Shown here piece after piece: positions 34,286 to 45,700 of a stretch of DNA of 64,000 nt. Within the stretch, counting starts at the first letter, position 1. Each line of letters begins with the position of its first letter. The translations under genes were made by a program, and so were the position numbers. The stretch comes from Histomonas meleagridis 2922-C6/04-290x. Its lineage: Eukaryota; Protista; Parabasalia. Below the pieces are notes generated by a model. That model did no database searches. It was not told the origin of the DNA and saw only the letters and a list, made by a program, of their open reading frames with translations. The stretch lies in assembly GCA_020184695.1 (NCBI GenBank), contig JAANOX010000070.1, positions 124,001 through 188,000 on the forward strand. The letters are read 5' to 3'.

Positions 34286-35794
34286 TTAAAATCCGAGAAA
34301 TGATAAAATACTATATCCAAATATAGATATGATAATCACAATGATTATCAATGTTGGCCATCCGATCCTAATGTAATCGGATCCACTTAAAAATGGCTTT
34401 TTTTCTCCTAAGCTTGGTTCAGTTTCTGGGCACACTCCAGAAACTAACGCATTTGGAAATGAGGAAATGTGGAAAAGCTGCGCACCGCTTATCATCAATG
34501 TAGAAAGAAGAACAAGAAGCTGTGGCCTACCTGTGCTTTTTCCAATGGCCATAATGAGTGGAAACAGGATAGATGCAGCAGTTGTCGAACTTAAGATTGA
34601 ACCGAAAATTCCTACTAATGATAGCAATGTTACTATCAGAAATGGAAGTGAGATCCCAGAGAGAATTTTTTCTGTGGCTTTTGGAATTAAATCCAATAAT
34701 CCAGAAATCTTCATTGATTCCCCAAGAGCCAAACCTCCTCCAAGAAGAACCAATGTGGACCATTTTATTGAATTAAAATCTTCTAAAGTGAGAGTTCCAT
34801 TACTGAAAAACCATATTATTGGAATCATTGCTGAAATACCTATATGCCCAAAAATAGACCCAACCTTATCACCAAGAGACCACAAAAGAATTGTTATTAA
34901 TGTGATAACAATTGCTTGTATTTGTAAATTTGACCATTTTTCATGCTTTTTCCATTGACCGTTTATAATCACAACGTTATTACCGGGGTGCTCCGGAAAC
35001 CGCTTGACCAAATATAACCATTCAATAAAGCAAATGAAAATTGATTGAGGTAAAGCAAACAAAATCCATTGAATGAATGAGATGTGTTTATCTGACTGGT
35101 TCACAATGTTAGAAGCAATCACATTTTGAGGAGATGCTATAGTTGTCGGCATCCCAGCACAGTTACCACTCCAAGCGATTCCGAAAAGAATGGCTTTGAT
35201 AAAGGGATCATCTGGATTGAGACGACGTATAATTGGAAGCGAAAACGAAAGTGTAAGAGTTGTAGATGCTACATTTGAGATAAGAGACCCCATTCCAACA
35301 TTTAAAAACATGAGCACAAGAAGAATCGTTTTGGGATTTGGAGATACTTTTCCAAGAATAAAATTTGAAATTCTGGTTGTGATGTTGAGCTTCTGTAACG
35401 CTGTGCTGAGAACCAAACTGCTCAAGAAAACAAAAATGATTGGATTCATGAAACAAGATGTATATACCTGAGCAAGCTCACTTGCTGGAATCCTTTCCCC
35501 AGTTTTTTGATCTACACCAGTTCTGAAAACAACATTTAGAAAAGGTATTAAGTATGCTGTTGCAAATGATGGAATTGCTTCTGTAATCCATAAAAAGCAA
35601 GACGTTACTAAAATAGCAAAACACGTATGTGCACATGGGTATGAGCTAAGGATTGGTAAAATATAGAGAAAAAGAAAAATTATAATTGCTGTTAAAACAT
35701 ATCTTAAATTTAACTTGTGGGGTGCACGTGGTTCGGTTGAGCTTTCTTCTTCGCTACCATTTTCATGTTGTGAAATTAGGGTTTCTTCGTCCAT
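34286..35794 (-). CDS. SLC13/DASS (Pho87/91-like) anion transporter
   Basis: Multi-TM protein with WITEAIP, SNVASTT, GMPTTIASPQN and WSTLVLLGGGLALG motifs. First plausible ATG is at 35794. Confidence 0.85.
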   Translation of the reverse strand: MDEETLISQHENGSEEESSTEPRAPHKLNLRYVLTAIIIFLFLYILPILSSYPCAHTCFAILVTSCFLWITEAIPSFATAYLIPFLNVVFRTGVDQKTGERIPASELAQVYTSCFMNPIIFVFLSSLVLSTALQKLNITTRISNFILGKVSPNPKTILLVLMFLNVGMGSLISNVASTTLTLSFSLPIIRRLNPDDPFIKAILFGIAWSGNCAGMPTTIASPQNVIASNIVNQSDKHISFIQWILFALPQSIFICFIEWLYLVKRFPEHPGNNVVIINGQWKKHEKWSNLQIQAIVITLITILLWSLGDKVGSIFGHIGISAMIPIIWFFSNGTLTLEDFNSIKWSTLVLLGGGLALGESMKISGLLDLIPKATEKILSGISLPFLIVTLLSLVGIFGSILSSTTAASILFPLIMAIGKSTGRPQLLVLLSTLMISGAQLFHISSFPNALVSGVCPETEPSLGEKKPFLSGSDYIRIGWPTLIIIVIIISIFGYSILSFLGF

Positions 35795-36558
35795 GCACCC
35801 AATTATTAAGAAAAGTGCCAATAAACGGTTTGAAAAGTGTCCTTGTTTGGTCGAATGTCTGATCAAAATGAATTGAAAACATTCATGACTAAAAATTGAA
35901 ATAGCATGCTAAAAAATTAAAGAAATTATATAATTTATATAAACACTATCTTATACTTTTAAAAAATTAGTTTGTATAATCTGCATCATAATTAAATAAA
36001 TTTTTAAATTGTTAGTAGTTATATTTTAAAATAAATATAATATTATGGTGTTCTCATATTAAACATCGTCTTCTTTATTTATTAAATATGAAATACCACT
36101 GTAGAAATTAGTAGTTCTCTATTTAATGATGTAATATACATTTTCAACAATATTGATAAGAGAAAAAAAATCTTACTTTTTATAATTAAAATAATTTAAA
36201 GTGTGCTCAGAAATTTTTAATGTGTTTTTAACTGATATATCGGTTAACTTATGAATAAAAATCACAAAGTTTAAAAGCGGCGGGAAAAGAAGTCGGCCGT
36301 TTATTTTTCGTTTTTGCAAAAGTAAAAATTTTTCATTTATATGATACAATGATTAGTAGCATCGCAAACCCATTGTTTATCTTGGATTGTTTTTAAACAT
36401 TTGTTCAATAACATTTTCAATTCTTCATATACATGCTTGGGATGGAGAAATCCCATCAAAACTTAAAGAAAAACGGATTTCAAAGCAAAAAAGCGTTTTT
36501 TTCCTGAATTAAAATCTTTTTTATTCAATTTTAACAGTTTTTCGTCCGTTTCCAAACA

Positions 36559-37194
36559 ATGAAGTTCTTGACGAACAATCGCATCGCACTTCTCAATCAG
36601 ATTCTTTCCGCGCAGTGCTCCGAAAGAAGAAATTTAACTTCGAGAGTTGAATTTTATCAAGTTGAATCAACAGATTTTGTGGATTTTCGGACTCATTCTT
36701 ACGAAAGACCACCTTTCCAGTATTCTTTTGGTACAAGCCCGGACTCCTTTATGGGAAATCCAATGTATAGTGTAGAATGCTTTTCTTCTTCAATACATTT
36801 TCCTGCATTAAAAAGTGCATTAGAAACAACATTTCCAGATTATGATTTTTCTATGTTATGCCCGTGGCACTTCAAGTTAATTCAATCAGCAGAGCAAGCA
36901 AGACTAAATATGCATTGGGCAATAACTTCATACTTGTCAGACACAAACGATCTTTCTAACATGGTGTGGCAAGCAATTGATTCAGAAATACAAATTGGAA
37001 TGTGTGACATATATGAATATCAATCAGATTGTCCGGATCCATTTTCTGCCATGGATTCAACATTTAATTTCTTGTATTTCTTCCTGAATGAAAAGGCCAA
37101 CAAGATTTTTGTCTTCCATCTTCAAGAGAGTTCTCTTGATGATTCACTTGATAATGATAGCTTTGAGGAACAATATGGCTTCAATATCTTTTAG
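36559..37194 (+). CDS. MAF1: Maf1, repressor of RNA polymerase III
   Basis: Contains MKFL..., TFPDYDFS, WQAIDSEI...CDIYEY...DPF and YFFLNEKANKIFVF, which are the Maf1 A/B/C boxes. Confidence 0.9.
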   Translation: MKFLTNNRIALLNQILSAQCSERRNLTSRVEFYQVESTDFVDFRTHSYERPPFQYSFGTSPDSFMGNPMYSVECFSSSIHFPALKSALETTFPDYDFSMLCPWHFKLIQSAEQARLNMHWAITSYLSDTNDLSNMVWQAIDSEIQIGMCDIYEYQSDCPDPFSAMDSTFNFLYFFLNEKANKIFVFHLQESSLDDSLDNDSFEEQYGFNIF

Positions 37195-37358
37195 TAAAAA
37201 TCGATTAGTTTATCATAAAATCATTCTCTTTCCCAGTAAATCTTTTCTGTTTCGCGATTTCCCTATTTTAAAGTGAGAGCAGACGTTTAATGACTTTTGA
37301 AGTGAAAACTAAAAATGCTGAGCGAGGTGCAAAGCCCAACAGATAAAAGTATGTTTAA

Positions 37359-39452
37359 ATGTTAACTCCAGAAATATTTTATAGTTATCATGTTAAAAGG
37401 AAAATAGAGCCTCATGTGTACAGTTCATGGGCAAAAAAATTAAATTCGAAAAACAAAGAAAAAAAGCGTTTTATTGTTGCAACACAATCAGCTTTATACA
37501 TCCTAAAGAGGACAGTTATTGGAAAAAATCTAAAAATTTCGAATATACTTCCATGGGTTAATTTGACAAATTTGGTTGCATCAAATCCAGGAAACTTACA
37601 GTTTACTTTTGGTCAGAGAAAGGTGTGTATTCAGCTACAAAATCTTGAGGATGCTACTACAAGAATAGTATCATATCTCAAGAGCTTATTTCCTTCTTCT
37701 TATTCACTTTCAATAGAAACACCATTTAAAATTTCTCCCCGTAAGCGCCGGCGTGAAAAATCTTATCTAATGTCTTTATTTGTTTCATATTGTCATTCTT
37801 TACAATTACCAGTTCACGAGCCAATAATAAAAGCTCTTATTCAGCAATCGAAAGATCATCCTAATTATATTGATCTTACAACAATACCAATTGACCAAAA
37901 AATGTATCCTCCATTAACATCAGCTCTTAAACTTACAACAAATATTGAATCAATTAAAGTTGATTGTACTAAATTTCAACATCCTCTTGCAACTTTATTA
38001 GAAATTATTTCTGCTAATGAATCTATTACAACAGTTAAGATTAAATCCATCAAAAAATTCAATCATTTTGATATGTTTACGACGGGGCTCCCCAACACGA
38101 AGACCGTTAACCTATCGTTCTCTAAGTGCCAATTTGATGATCAAGTTTTTTCACTTCTTCTTCAATCACCAGCCGCTAGCACTTTTAAATCTCTTCAATT
38201 TAACCAATGTAGTATTACTTCATCTATGATTCATCAGCTTATTAGATCACAAGGACAATTATCATCCCTAAATCATTTCAAACTTAAAAATAATTTAAAC
38301 ATTCTTTCACCTAATCTAACTCGTAGCCTCTTCAAATATGTTTCAGATCATAACATTAAAACACTCGAACTGGTGAATGTTGGAATCGACATATCATTAA
38401 TCTTTGAAAACATTCATAATCTTCCATTTCTTAAACACCTTAACATTTCTAAGAACCTTTCCAAAGAATTTATCAAATCTTTTTGTTTTCCAAATACTCT
38501 GAATATCATTAACATGTCAGGAATTACATGGACGGCCTATAATATGATATCCCTTTGTACCCAGTTTCGATACAATCGCTCTTCTACAGTTGATTTTTCT
38601 AATGCAAATCTTTCCCAAGAAGAATGGAATGTTGTGTTCGATGAATGTGCCAATTCCGAACCACCTACGTCCTCAAACATCACGTTTTATTGGCAATCCA
38701 ATCCGATTGATTCACGTTTTTTTACTTTTTTAATTAAATTTGGCACAATTGAAAAGTTATTTTTAGACTATTGTCGTTATAGCGATGAACGTTCTCATTC
38801 TATTCTTAATTCAATGATCATATTAATCCAACGACATAACATATTATCATTATCAATGAAAGGATACTCAAAACGACGGAATGCGTTAGTCATAAATGAG
38901 CTATTTCCCATATTTCAACAAAGGGATTGTCTTGAGTATTTGGATGTTTCTGATAATAACATTGGAAATAACGGTCTCGAATCACTTGTCAAACTTTTGA
39001 ACACATCAAAAAAACTGAAAACGTTAAAATTTGACGGTTCGAACCCATCAAAAGTGTCATCTCTAACAAAGTTATTGAAAACGATTTCGCAATCAGATGT
39101 GTTACAAGACGTATCTGAACCTATACATGATATAAAAAGAATGCTATCAAAGTTTCCGGCTATGAGAGAAACTTTGAACGTTAGTTGGTATATGTGTAAG
39201 AAAAAATTTTTGAGAAATATTAAAAAAGATAAAAAAGAAGAAAACGAAAGCGACGGATTGATTGATGTGTCATCAGAACCAACTTCGTTTTCGAATTCTT
39301 ATGCATCAAATTTCGATTCTTATCGAAGTGAGACGGAATTGGAGGCTTCTTGGGACATAACTATAGGGTTGCCAATAAATACAGGATTGGCTGAATGGGA
39401 ATCGTTGAAAAATCAATTCTCATTATCAAAATTAACAAATGTCGAAATATAA
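37359..39452 (+). CDS. CARMIL-like PH + LRR protein (second paralogue)
   Basis: PH-like start (KKRFIVATQSALYIL) and LRRs (CLEYLDVSDNNIGNNG). Confidence 0.65.
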   Translation: MLTPEIFYSYHVKRKIEPHVYSSWAKKLNSKNKEKKRFIVATQSALYILKRTVIGKNLKISNILPWVNLTNLVASNPGNLQFTFGQRKVCIQLQNLEDATTRIVSYLKSLFPSSYSLSIETPFKISPRKRRREKSYLMSLFVSYCHSLQLPVHEPIIKALIQQSKDHPNYIDLTTIPIDQKMYPPLTSALKLTTNIESIKVDCTKFQHPLATLLEIISANESITTVKIKSIKKFNHFDMFTTGLPNTKTVNLSFSKCQFDDQVFSLLLQSPAASTFKSLQFNQCSITSSMIHQLIRSQGQLSSLNHFKLKNNLNILSPNLTRSLFKYVSDHNIKTLELVNVGIDISLIFENIHNLPFLKHLNISKNLSKEFIKSFCFPNTLNIINMSGITWTAYNMISLCTQFRYNRSSTVDFSNANLSQEEWNVVFDECANSEPPTSSNITFYWQSNPIDSRFFTFLIKFGTIEKLFLDYCRYSDERSHSILNSMIILIQRHNILSLSMKGYSKRRNALVINELFPIFQQRDCLEYLDVSDNNIGNNGLESLVKLLNTSKKLKTLKFDGSNPSKVSSLTKLLKTISQSDVLQDVSEPIHDIKRMLSKFPAMRETLNVSWYMCKKKFLRNIKKDKKEENESDGLIDVSSEPTSFSNSYASNFDSYRSETELEASWDITIGLPINTGLAEWESLKNQFSLSKLTNVEI

Positions 39453-39765
39453 TAAACGGTTTGTTTGTGACTATTTTTAAATAATTTTGAAGAAAAGAAA
39501 CTACATAAATTGCTTAATGATTAAAATGATTAAAATGATTAAAACAAAAAATTTCTCTCATTAAAATGAAAACCGAAATTTTAAAGAATTTGAATAATAA
39601 AGACTTATTAATATATATACCTTAATTTTTTTGATATTTGGTAGACAACATATTGATATATCTTTTAATTTTAAAGTCAAAGTGCATTTTTTATTGCCTA
39701 GGAATTGGGGTGCCCCTATAACAGGGTGCCCGAATATTTTGACCACCCTATTTTCATCACAATAA

Positions 39766-40008
39766 ATGTCTGCAAATCAAGGACAAAATGCACTTACGAC
39801 TTTTCTAAAGAAGGCTGTAGGGAACCGTTGCTTAATAGTTTTGAACACTGGAACAGAATTTCAAGGAATTCTTTGCACAATTGATGGATTTTTTAATCTT
39901 GTGCTTAGAGAAGCTGAAGAATATGTTAATAGTCAAAAGGTAAGTACGTATGGATCAATATTTATTCGTGGAAATAATGTAACACATCTAACACCAATAT
40001 CAGCATAA
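39766..40008 (+). CDS. LSM6: Sm-like protein LSm6
   Basis: Sm1/Sm2 motifs: VLNTGTEFQGIL..IDGFFNLVL.EAEEYVN...YGSIFIRGNNV. Confidence 0.85.
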   Translation: MSANQGQNALTTFLKKAVGNRCLIVLNTGTEFQGILCTIDGFFNLVLREAEEYVNSQKVSTYGSIFIRGNNVTHLTPISA

Positions 40009-40246
40009 TAAAAATTATGTATTTTTATTTAACTTAAATTTATTTCAAAAACAAAAATTGTACAATAAGCACAAAAGAGTTTTGTTTCTTGCATTCTATT
40101 TATTTATTTTTATGCTTACAATTTTTTAACTTAATCAATGAACTGAAGTCGTATATTCTGGTTATTAACTCTAATTAAACACGAGGTTGTTCTTATTAAA
40201 TAAGTTTGTTATTGCTTGTGGAAAAAATCATTTTAAAGTATTATTT

Positions 40247-40600
40247 TTATTTCAATGTCACAAGAATCTGACCTTCATTGTTTGGATCTACAATAGCCTT
40301 GAATCCAAGTTCTTTGCATTTATCTAGAATCATTGGTTTAAGAACTGGCTTTGGTTTATCTTTACTTCCTCCTTCAGAGTGCATTCCTTTACCAGAAATA
40401 AATATAATTTGTGTTAGCTTTTGTCCATTAATTGTCTTTGGATAATTGTTTAATGCGTAAACAACAAAGTTTTCACAATCAGCATATTTAACTTTGTGAA
40501 AATCGTAACTAACTGAGCATGGTACACTGATACCTGAGCTTGGTTTACTTCCTTTTTCTCCACGATGTACATCGTCTGATGAGCTTGCTGAGCAACCCAT
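40247..40600 (-). CDS. Stand-alone Smr-domain protein with an N-terminal acylation motif
   Basis: Starts MGCSASS. Smr-like fold motifs: YDFHK, IIFISGKGMHS, NEGQILVTL. Confidence 0.75.
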   Translation of the reverse strand: MGCSASSSDDVHRGEKGSKPSSGISVPCSVSYDFHKVKYADCENFVVYALNNYPKTINGQKLTQIIFISGKGMHSEGGSKDKPKPVLKPMILDKCKELGFKAIVDPNNEGQILVTLK

Positions 40601-41184
40601 ATAAAAGTGTTTGGTTTAAGAAAACTTTTTCAGTTCAAAAAGAACGTGCTATCGCAATTTTTCAACCTGAAATTGAAATGGCCCACAAAAATTGAATCCC
40701 TCATTTAAAAGTGTTACCTGCTAAGCTTCATTTCTTGATGTCCAATCATGATTGATCATCATCTTAGATGTATTTTTTAAAATTGCTTCTACTCATTTAA
40801 ATAATACCACATGCATTTTAGTTTTTTTATGTTATCTAAAATATGGTTCGATTTTTTATAATCAAATTTGATTAATTACTAATTACGATTATCTTTCTTT
40901 TTCATCAAATAACAACATACAATAACCCCTTATCACGCAAGCTAAAAAGCAATGCTGTTAACTAGAAAGATTTAATGCTTAATTTAATCAATAACATCAT
41001 CCAATTAATATTAAGGTTTTTTGTTCAATTAATCCAAATTTAAATTCCTTATGGTATAATCTCTTTAAGATATTTTGACTTATTTCCTTAAATCAGTTTC
41101 AAATTATCATCAAGACACAAAGTTTTATATACGAACTCTACATTTTTAAGTGGTATTTTTAAAAACATTGTTGTGAAATTGCTT

Positions 41185-41937
41185 TTAACAGCACGAGTAT
41201 CTCATGGTGAAATCACCAAAATCATCTCCTGTAGTCATCCATACCTGTGCTGTACCAGCATCTCCCCACGTGTTAGTTGATGCCTCAGATTCTTCCATTT
41301 CCAACAAAAGAACTGTTCCTTCCGGCTGATCATTTCCTTGAACGAAATCTGCCCATCCACCTAAGTATGTTGGAGGCTTTTTCCTCAGATCTTCTAAATC
41401 TGTGTCTACAATCATGTCATTAATCAGATCAATGTCGTCTTGCGTAAGCTCTGGATGTATTTCAACTAATGAATCTGTATCTTGAATGATCATTTGTTGT
41501 TGTTCCCACTTGGTGACAACCCTGTGCTCGTTAAATTCATGTTCTTCATCAATTTCATCATAAAGAAGTTCATTAATTTCACTTCCACGATATCGGATCA
41601 CATGTTGACCTTCATAACAGTATTCACAACTAAACCCAGCGACAACACTTTCGCGTTCATCTTCTGGGAAATAGTTTTGAATCTCTTCGGGAAGTGTAGG
41701 AACATATAAAGAAAATACAAGTGAAGTAGGTTCACCACAATCAGGACATTTGTGGATTTTTCCATCTTTAGGTAAATATGGAGCACGTCCACCAAACTTT
41801 GATACCCTGGGGTCAGTTGAATCTTTATCTTCAACAATAGGAGCATAACAGTTTTTAGTTGTTGTTTTAAATATTTCTATAATCTCTTCCTTGCTATGGT
41901 TTTTCCTTTCTTCTGCTTTTTTTTCTTCTTCGCTCAT
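41185..41937 (-). CDS. DUF1963/YwqG-like protein
   Basis: Contains SKFGGRAPYLP, a CPDC motif, YLGGWADFVQ, LLLEM and WGDAGTAQVW. Confidence 0.75.
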   Translation of the reverse strand: MSEEEKKAEERKNHSKEEIIEIFKTTTKNCYAPIVEDKDSTDPRVSKFGGRAPYLPKDGKIHKCPDCGEPTSLVFSLYVPTLPEEIQNYFPEDERESVVAGFSCEYCYEGQHVIRYRGSEINELLYDEIDEEHEFNEHRVVTKWEQQQMIIQDTDSLVEIHPELTQDDIDLINDMIVDTDLEDLRKKPPTYLGGWADFVQGNDQPEGTVLLLEMEESEASTNTWGDAGTAQVWMTTGDDFGDFTMRYSCC

Positions 41938-42753
41938 TGGAAATCTAAAAATGTGAACTCATTCTGAAAAGTGGCAGAAAATTTCATAGAAAAATTTGAT
42001 GAAAGTGAAATGAATAAAAAGCAAAAACAATTCATCAGTATAATATTCTATAATATGTCTTTGTGAATAAGTATCTTTTACAAGATCTGTTTTTTCTTTT
42101 CGTTAAATTTTTTGTAAGTTTGTTGATTGTTACTAAAATTTGAACAAATTTTAGTGGCTAAAAATGATTTTTTAATTAATTTCGAATACATTTCTGATGG
42201 AATAACTTGATAAGTTTTGTGGTTTTGAAAGTTGTTATTTTACATTTCTATTTGTAGTATCACTGGTTACTAAATCACTAGAGAAAAATGAGAGGTGCAG
42301 TCAAAAAAGTTCCCAAAAATAATATATAATACACCCAATCAATATAGTATGGATTGACATTTTTAGCATATTTCGTTGACTGTATTTTCTTAAAAACTTA
42401 AAATATTGATTGCTCAGTTTTTGGCTTTTCGTAACCTCCTGAAAAATGCTGCTCCAACCTTATCACCGCGAGTGGAGGACCTTCCATGTGCGACAATAAT
42501 AAAGGAGTTGCAGCAGGAGGCCTTCAACCTTTTCTGCGGAATCGCTCTAAATTGTACATAATGTACTCACCATTTTGGTATAAATTCCGGTAACTTTGTG
42601 CCGCCAAGAAATTCTCATTTTATGACGACGGTTTGTACCTATCAAATATTTGAATGTCAATGAATCAATCTGAAAAAAATCCACCACATACATTCAAAAT
42701 TATGTGAAATTTGGGTTGTAAACAGTGTCAAAACCGTACAATTAATTGTCATT

Positions 42754-45700
42754 ATGTTTTTTATCCTTTTTGGTTTGCAACTTTTGGATATACAACCAAC
42801 AAAAATCATAACACTAAACGGTAAAACAATTAAATTTGGTTATATAAATCAAAAATTGCAATCAAATTGTAATACATGGGCATATGTATTTATTCCAGCA
42901 AAAATTGATTTTATTCAATTAACAAACCATGGTATTGATATTCGTAAAACCAATGGAATGGTATATCAAAATGCTTATAAATTATATTTGACTTCAGATC
43001 AAATCTCTTATCTTTTAAGTATTAATGCAAAAATTAGTATTCTTCAACCAAAAGATAAAATACTTAATCGTACTCAAATAGAAAAATCTGATAATTTAAT
43101 TCTTCATGGTATTTTTGATCAATCATTTTCTTGTTTGCCTTCTGATAATATTATTTTTAAATCCCATCAAATTGTCATTATATCTGTTGAAGAGCCCTTA
43201 AAATCAGCTGAATATTATAGTCAAATTCCTGAAGTTGAATTTATTGATTCATATAATCCTCCAACAACATTAAATAGCATTTCGAGTGGTTTTACTCAAA
43301 AAATAAGTTCAACAGTCACAACTGATATTCATGGTAATCCAGTAATTTCTAGATATTTTGAATCTAAAGGTATCACAGGTAAAAATCAAACAATTGCATA
43401 TCTAGATACAAGTTTGGATTATTATCATACTATGTTTTATGATCCAAATGTACCAGTCACATTTCGTCAACTAATACCAAATCATCGGAAAATTTTATAT
43501 GTTGAAAACTTTTATCAAACGGAACAAGAATTTTATAATTTTACTGTTCCTAATGATCATGGCACACAAGTTTCAGGGATTCTTGCAGGTAAAGCTTTAA
43601 ATTCTAATAGTAAAATATCTTCATATAATGGAGTAGCACCAGATGCTAAACTTATGTATCTTGGATATCATTTACCACAATTTAATAGACTCCTTCAAGA
43701 TATGAATCTTTTATTATCTACTCTTTCATTAGGAAATACTCATATGTTTTCTAATTCATGGGGTTATTTACCTGATGTATCAACAATGTTTTATAATACA
43801 ATTGCTGATGAAGCTATTTATAATTCTTCAGTTGGTGAGAATTGTTTAGTTTTGTTTGGTGCTGGTAATGAAGGTTATGGAATTTATTTTACAATTAGAA
43901 ATCCTGGAGGCGCAAAAAATGTACTTACATTAGGTGGAGCATCAAAAGCATTTGATTATAATAATCTTGAAATATATGCTATAGATGGTGAAGAAAAGTT
44001 TCAAATGTATTTTAAAGATGAACAACCAAAATATTGGATGATTATGGATTTGAATGAATTTTATTTATCAGAAATCACTGATTTTAAATCACCAGATGGA
44101 ACAAAGAAATTATATTATCTTAATTCTTCTACAATTCCTGTTATAAATAATTTCTATTTATTCCAATCATATTTGATGGAACAAGAAAAACATTATATAA
44201 GTTTTGGATTTGTTATAGATTTTCCTCTTGAATCTTATCCTAATATTAAAGCAATTTTTGATATGGTTCCAGTTCAATCATTTATATTACCAAATAATTC
44301 TAAAATTTCTACAAAAGTTGGTAAAAACCTTAAAATTCAATATAATTATGGATATATTGGAAAAGATGTTTCAAAAATTACAAGAGCAGATTTTTCATCA
44401 ATTGGACCGACATATGTTGGTTTAATAAAGCCAGATATAATTGCATCAAGTTCATTTATTACTACTGCTTTAAATAATCAAACAATTGATAAAGATCATG
44501 GATCAAATGATGAAGATTATAAGAAACATTTATATTTAAATTCAGGTACATCATTTGCAGCACCTTCTGCAGCTGGAGCAGCAGCTCTAATTTCACAGTA
44601 TTTTGAAGACGGTAATTATTTAGATGAAAAAATTAATGTAAATTCACTTTTATTGAAATCAATTTTAATTGCTTCAGCTTCAAGAAATGATTTAAGTTCT
44701 ACACCTGATTGTTTTATTGGTCATGGATTAATTGATATATCAACAGTAATTCCATTTAGTGATAGTAATTTTGGATTAAGGTTTTCTAATATCACAAAAA
44801 TGATAAATGGTCAAACACATCATATCGGAAAAATTAAAGTTACAAATCAAAATGTACCACTTCGAATTGTATTATGTTCACATGATATTCCTCTTAGCTC
44901 AGATACATTACTTCCAATTTATTATGATTTAGATTTAATAGTAATATCACCTTCAAATAAAATTTTTGTAGGAAATAATCGAACACAAAATACAGAACAT
45001 TTTACATTAAATGAAAAAGTTATAATCCCTCAATCACAATTAGAAATTGGAGAATATCAAATTCATGTAATCACAAATATCGCTATAAAAGAAAATTTAG
45101 ACGTGCCTTATGTAATAACAGCAGTTGGTCCATTTACACAAAATGATATTAATTCAAATCCTAAATTAATTGAAATGATAAATACAAATGAATGTATAAC
45201 ATCTGAAAATGGAAAATGTGAAAATGGAAAATTAAAATGTAATTCTGGATTTACAGGACAATTATGTAATATCCAATTCCAAGAAATTCCATTTTATTCA
45301 CAATATCAAATATTAAATATTCCAGCAAACACAATTAAATATTTCAAAGTTTCACCACAAAATGAATATGAAAATTTAATTCTTACTTTATATGGTTATC
45401 AACCGAATAATATTTATTCACTTATTTGGGAAATGGATTCAAATGATCATTATATTCCTGCATTAGCAAGAAATCCTATGAAAATTCCAACATTAAATAC
45501 TTTTATAGTAACAGAAAAATTAGTTGTTAATTCTAAACAAGAACATTATTTAATGATTTCTAATAATTTCCCTGTTATTGATAATTATTTCATATGTTTA
45601 ACTAATATGCCAATGGATGGACCACTTTGCTTATGTAATGATAATAATTGTTCTAAAGAAATATGTAATATTACTAATGTTTATTCATCAATGAATTCAT

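Noticed and set aside
31263-40008. Functional clustering of spliceosome genes (CD2BP2-like, LSm6) with the insert-bearing genes
   Set aside because: They are separated by unrelated genes, and eukaryotic gene order gives no reason to infer co-function. No candidate excision enzyme is evident in the window.
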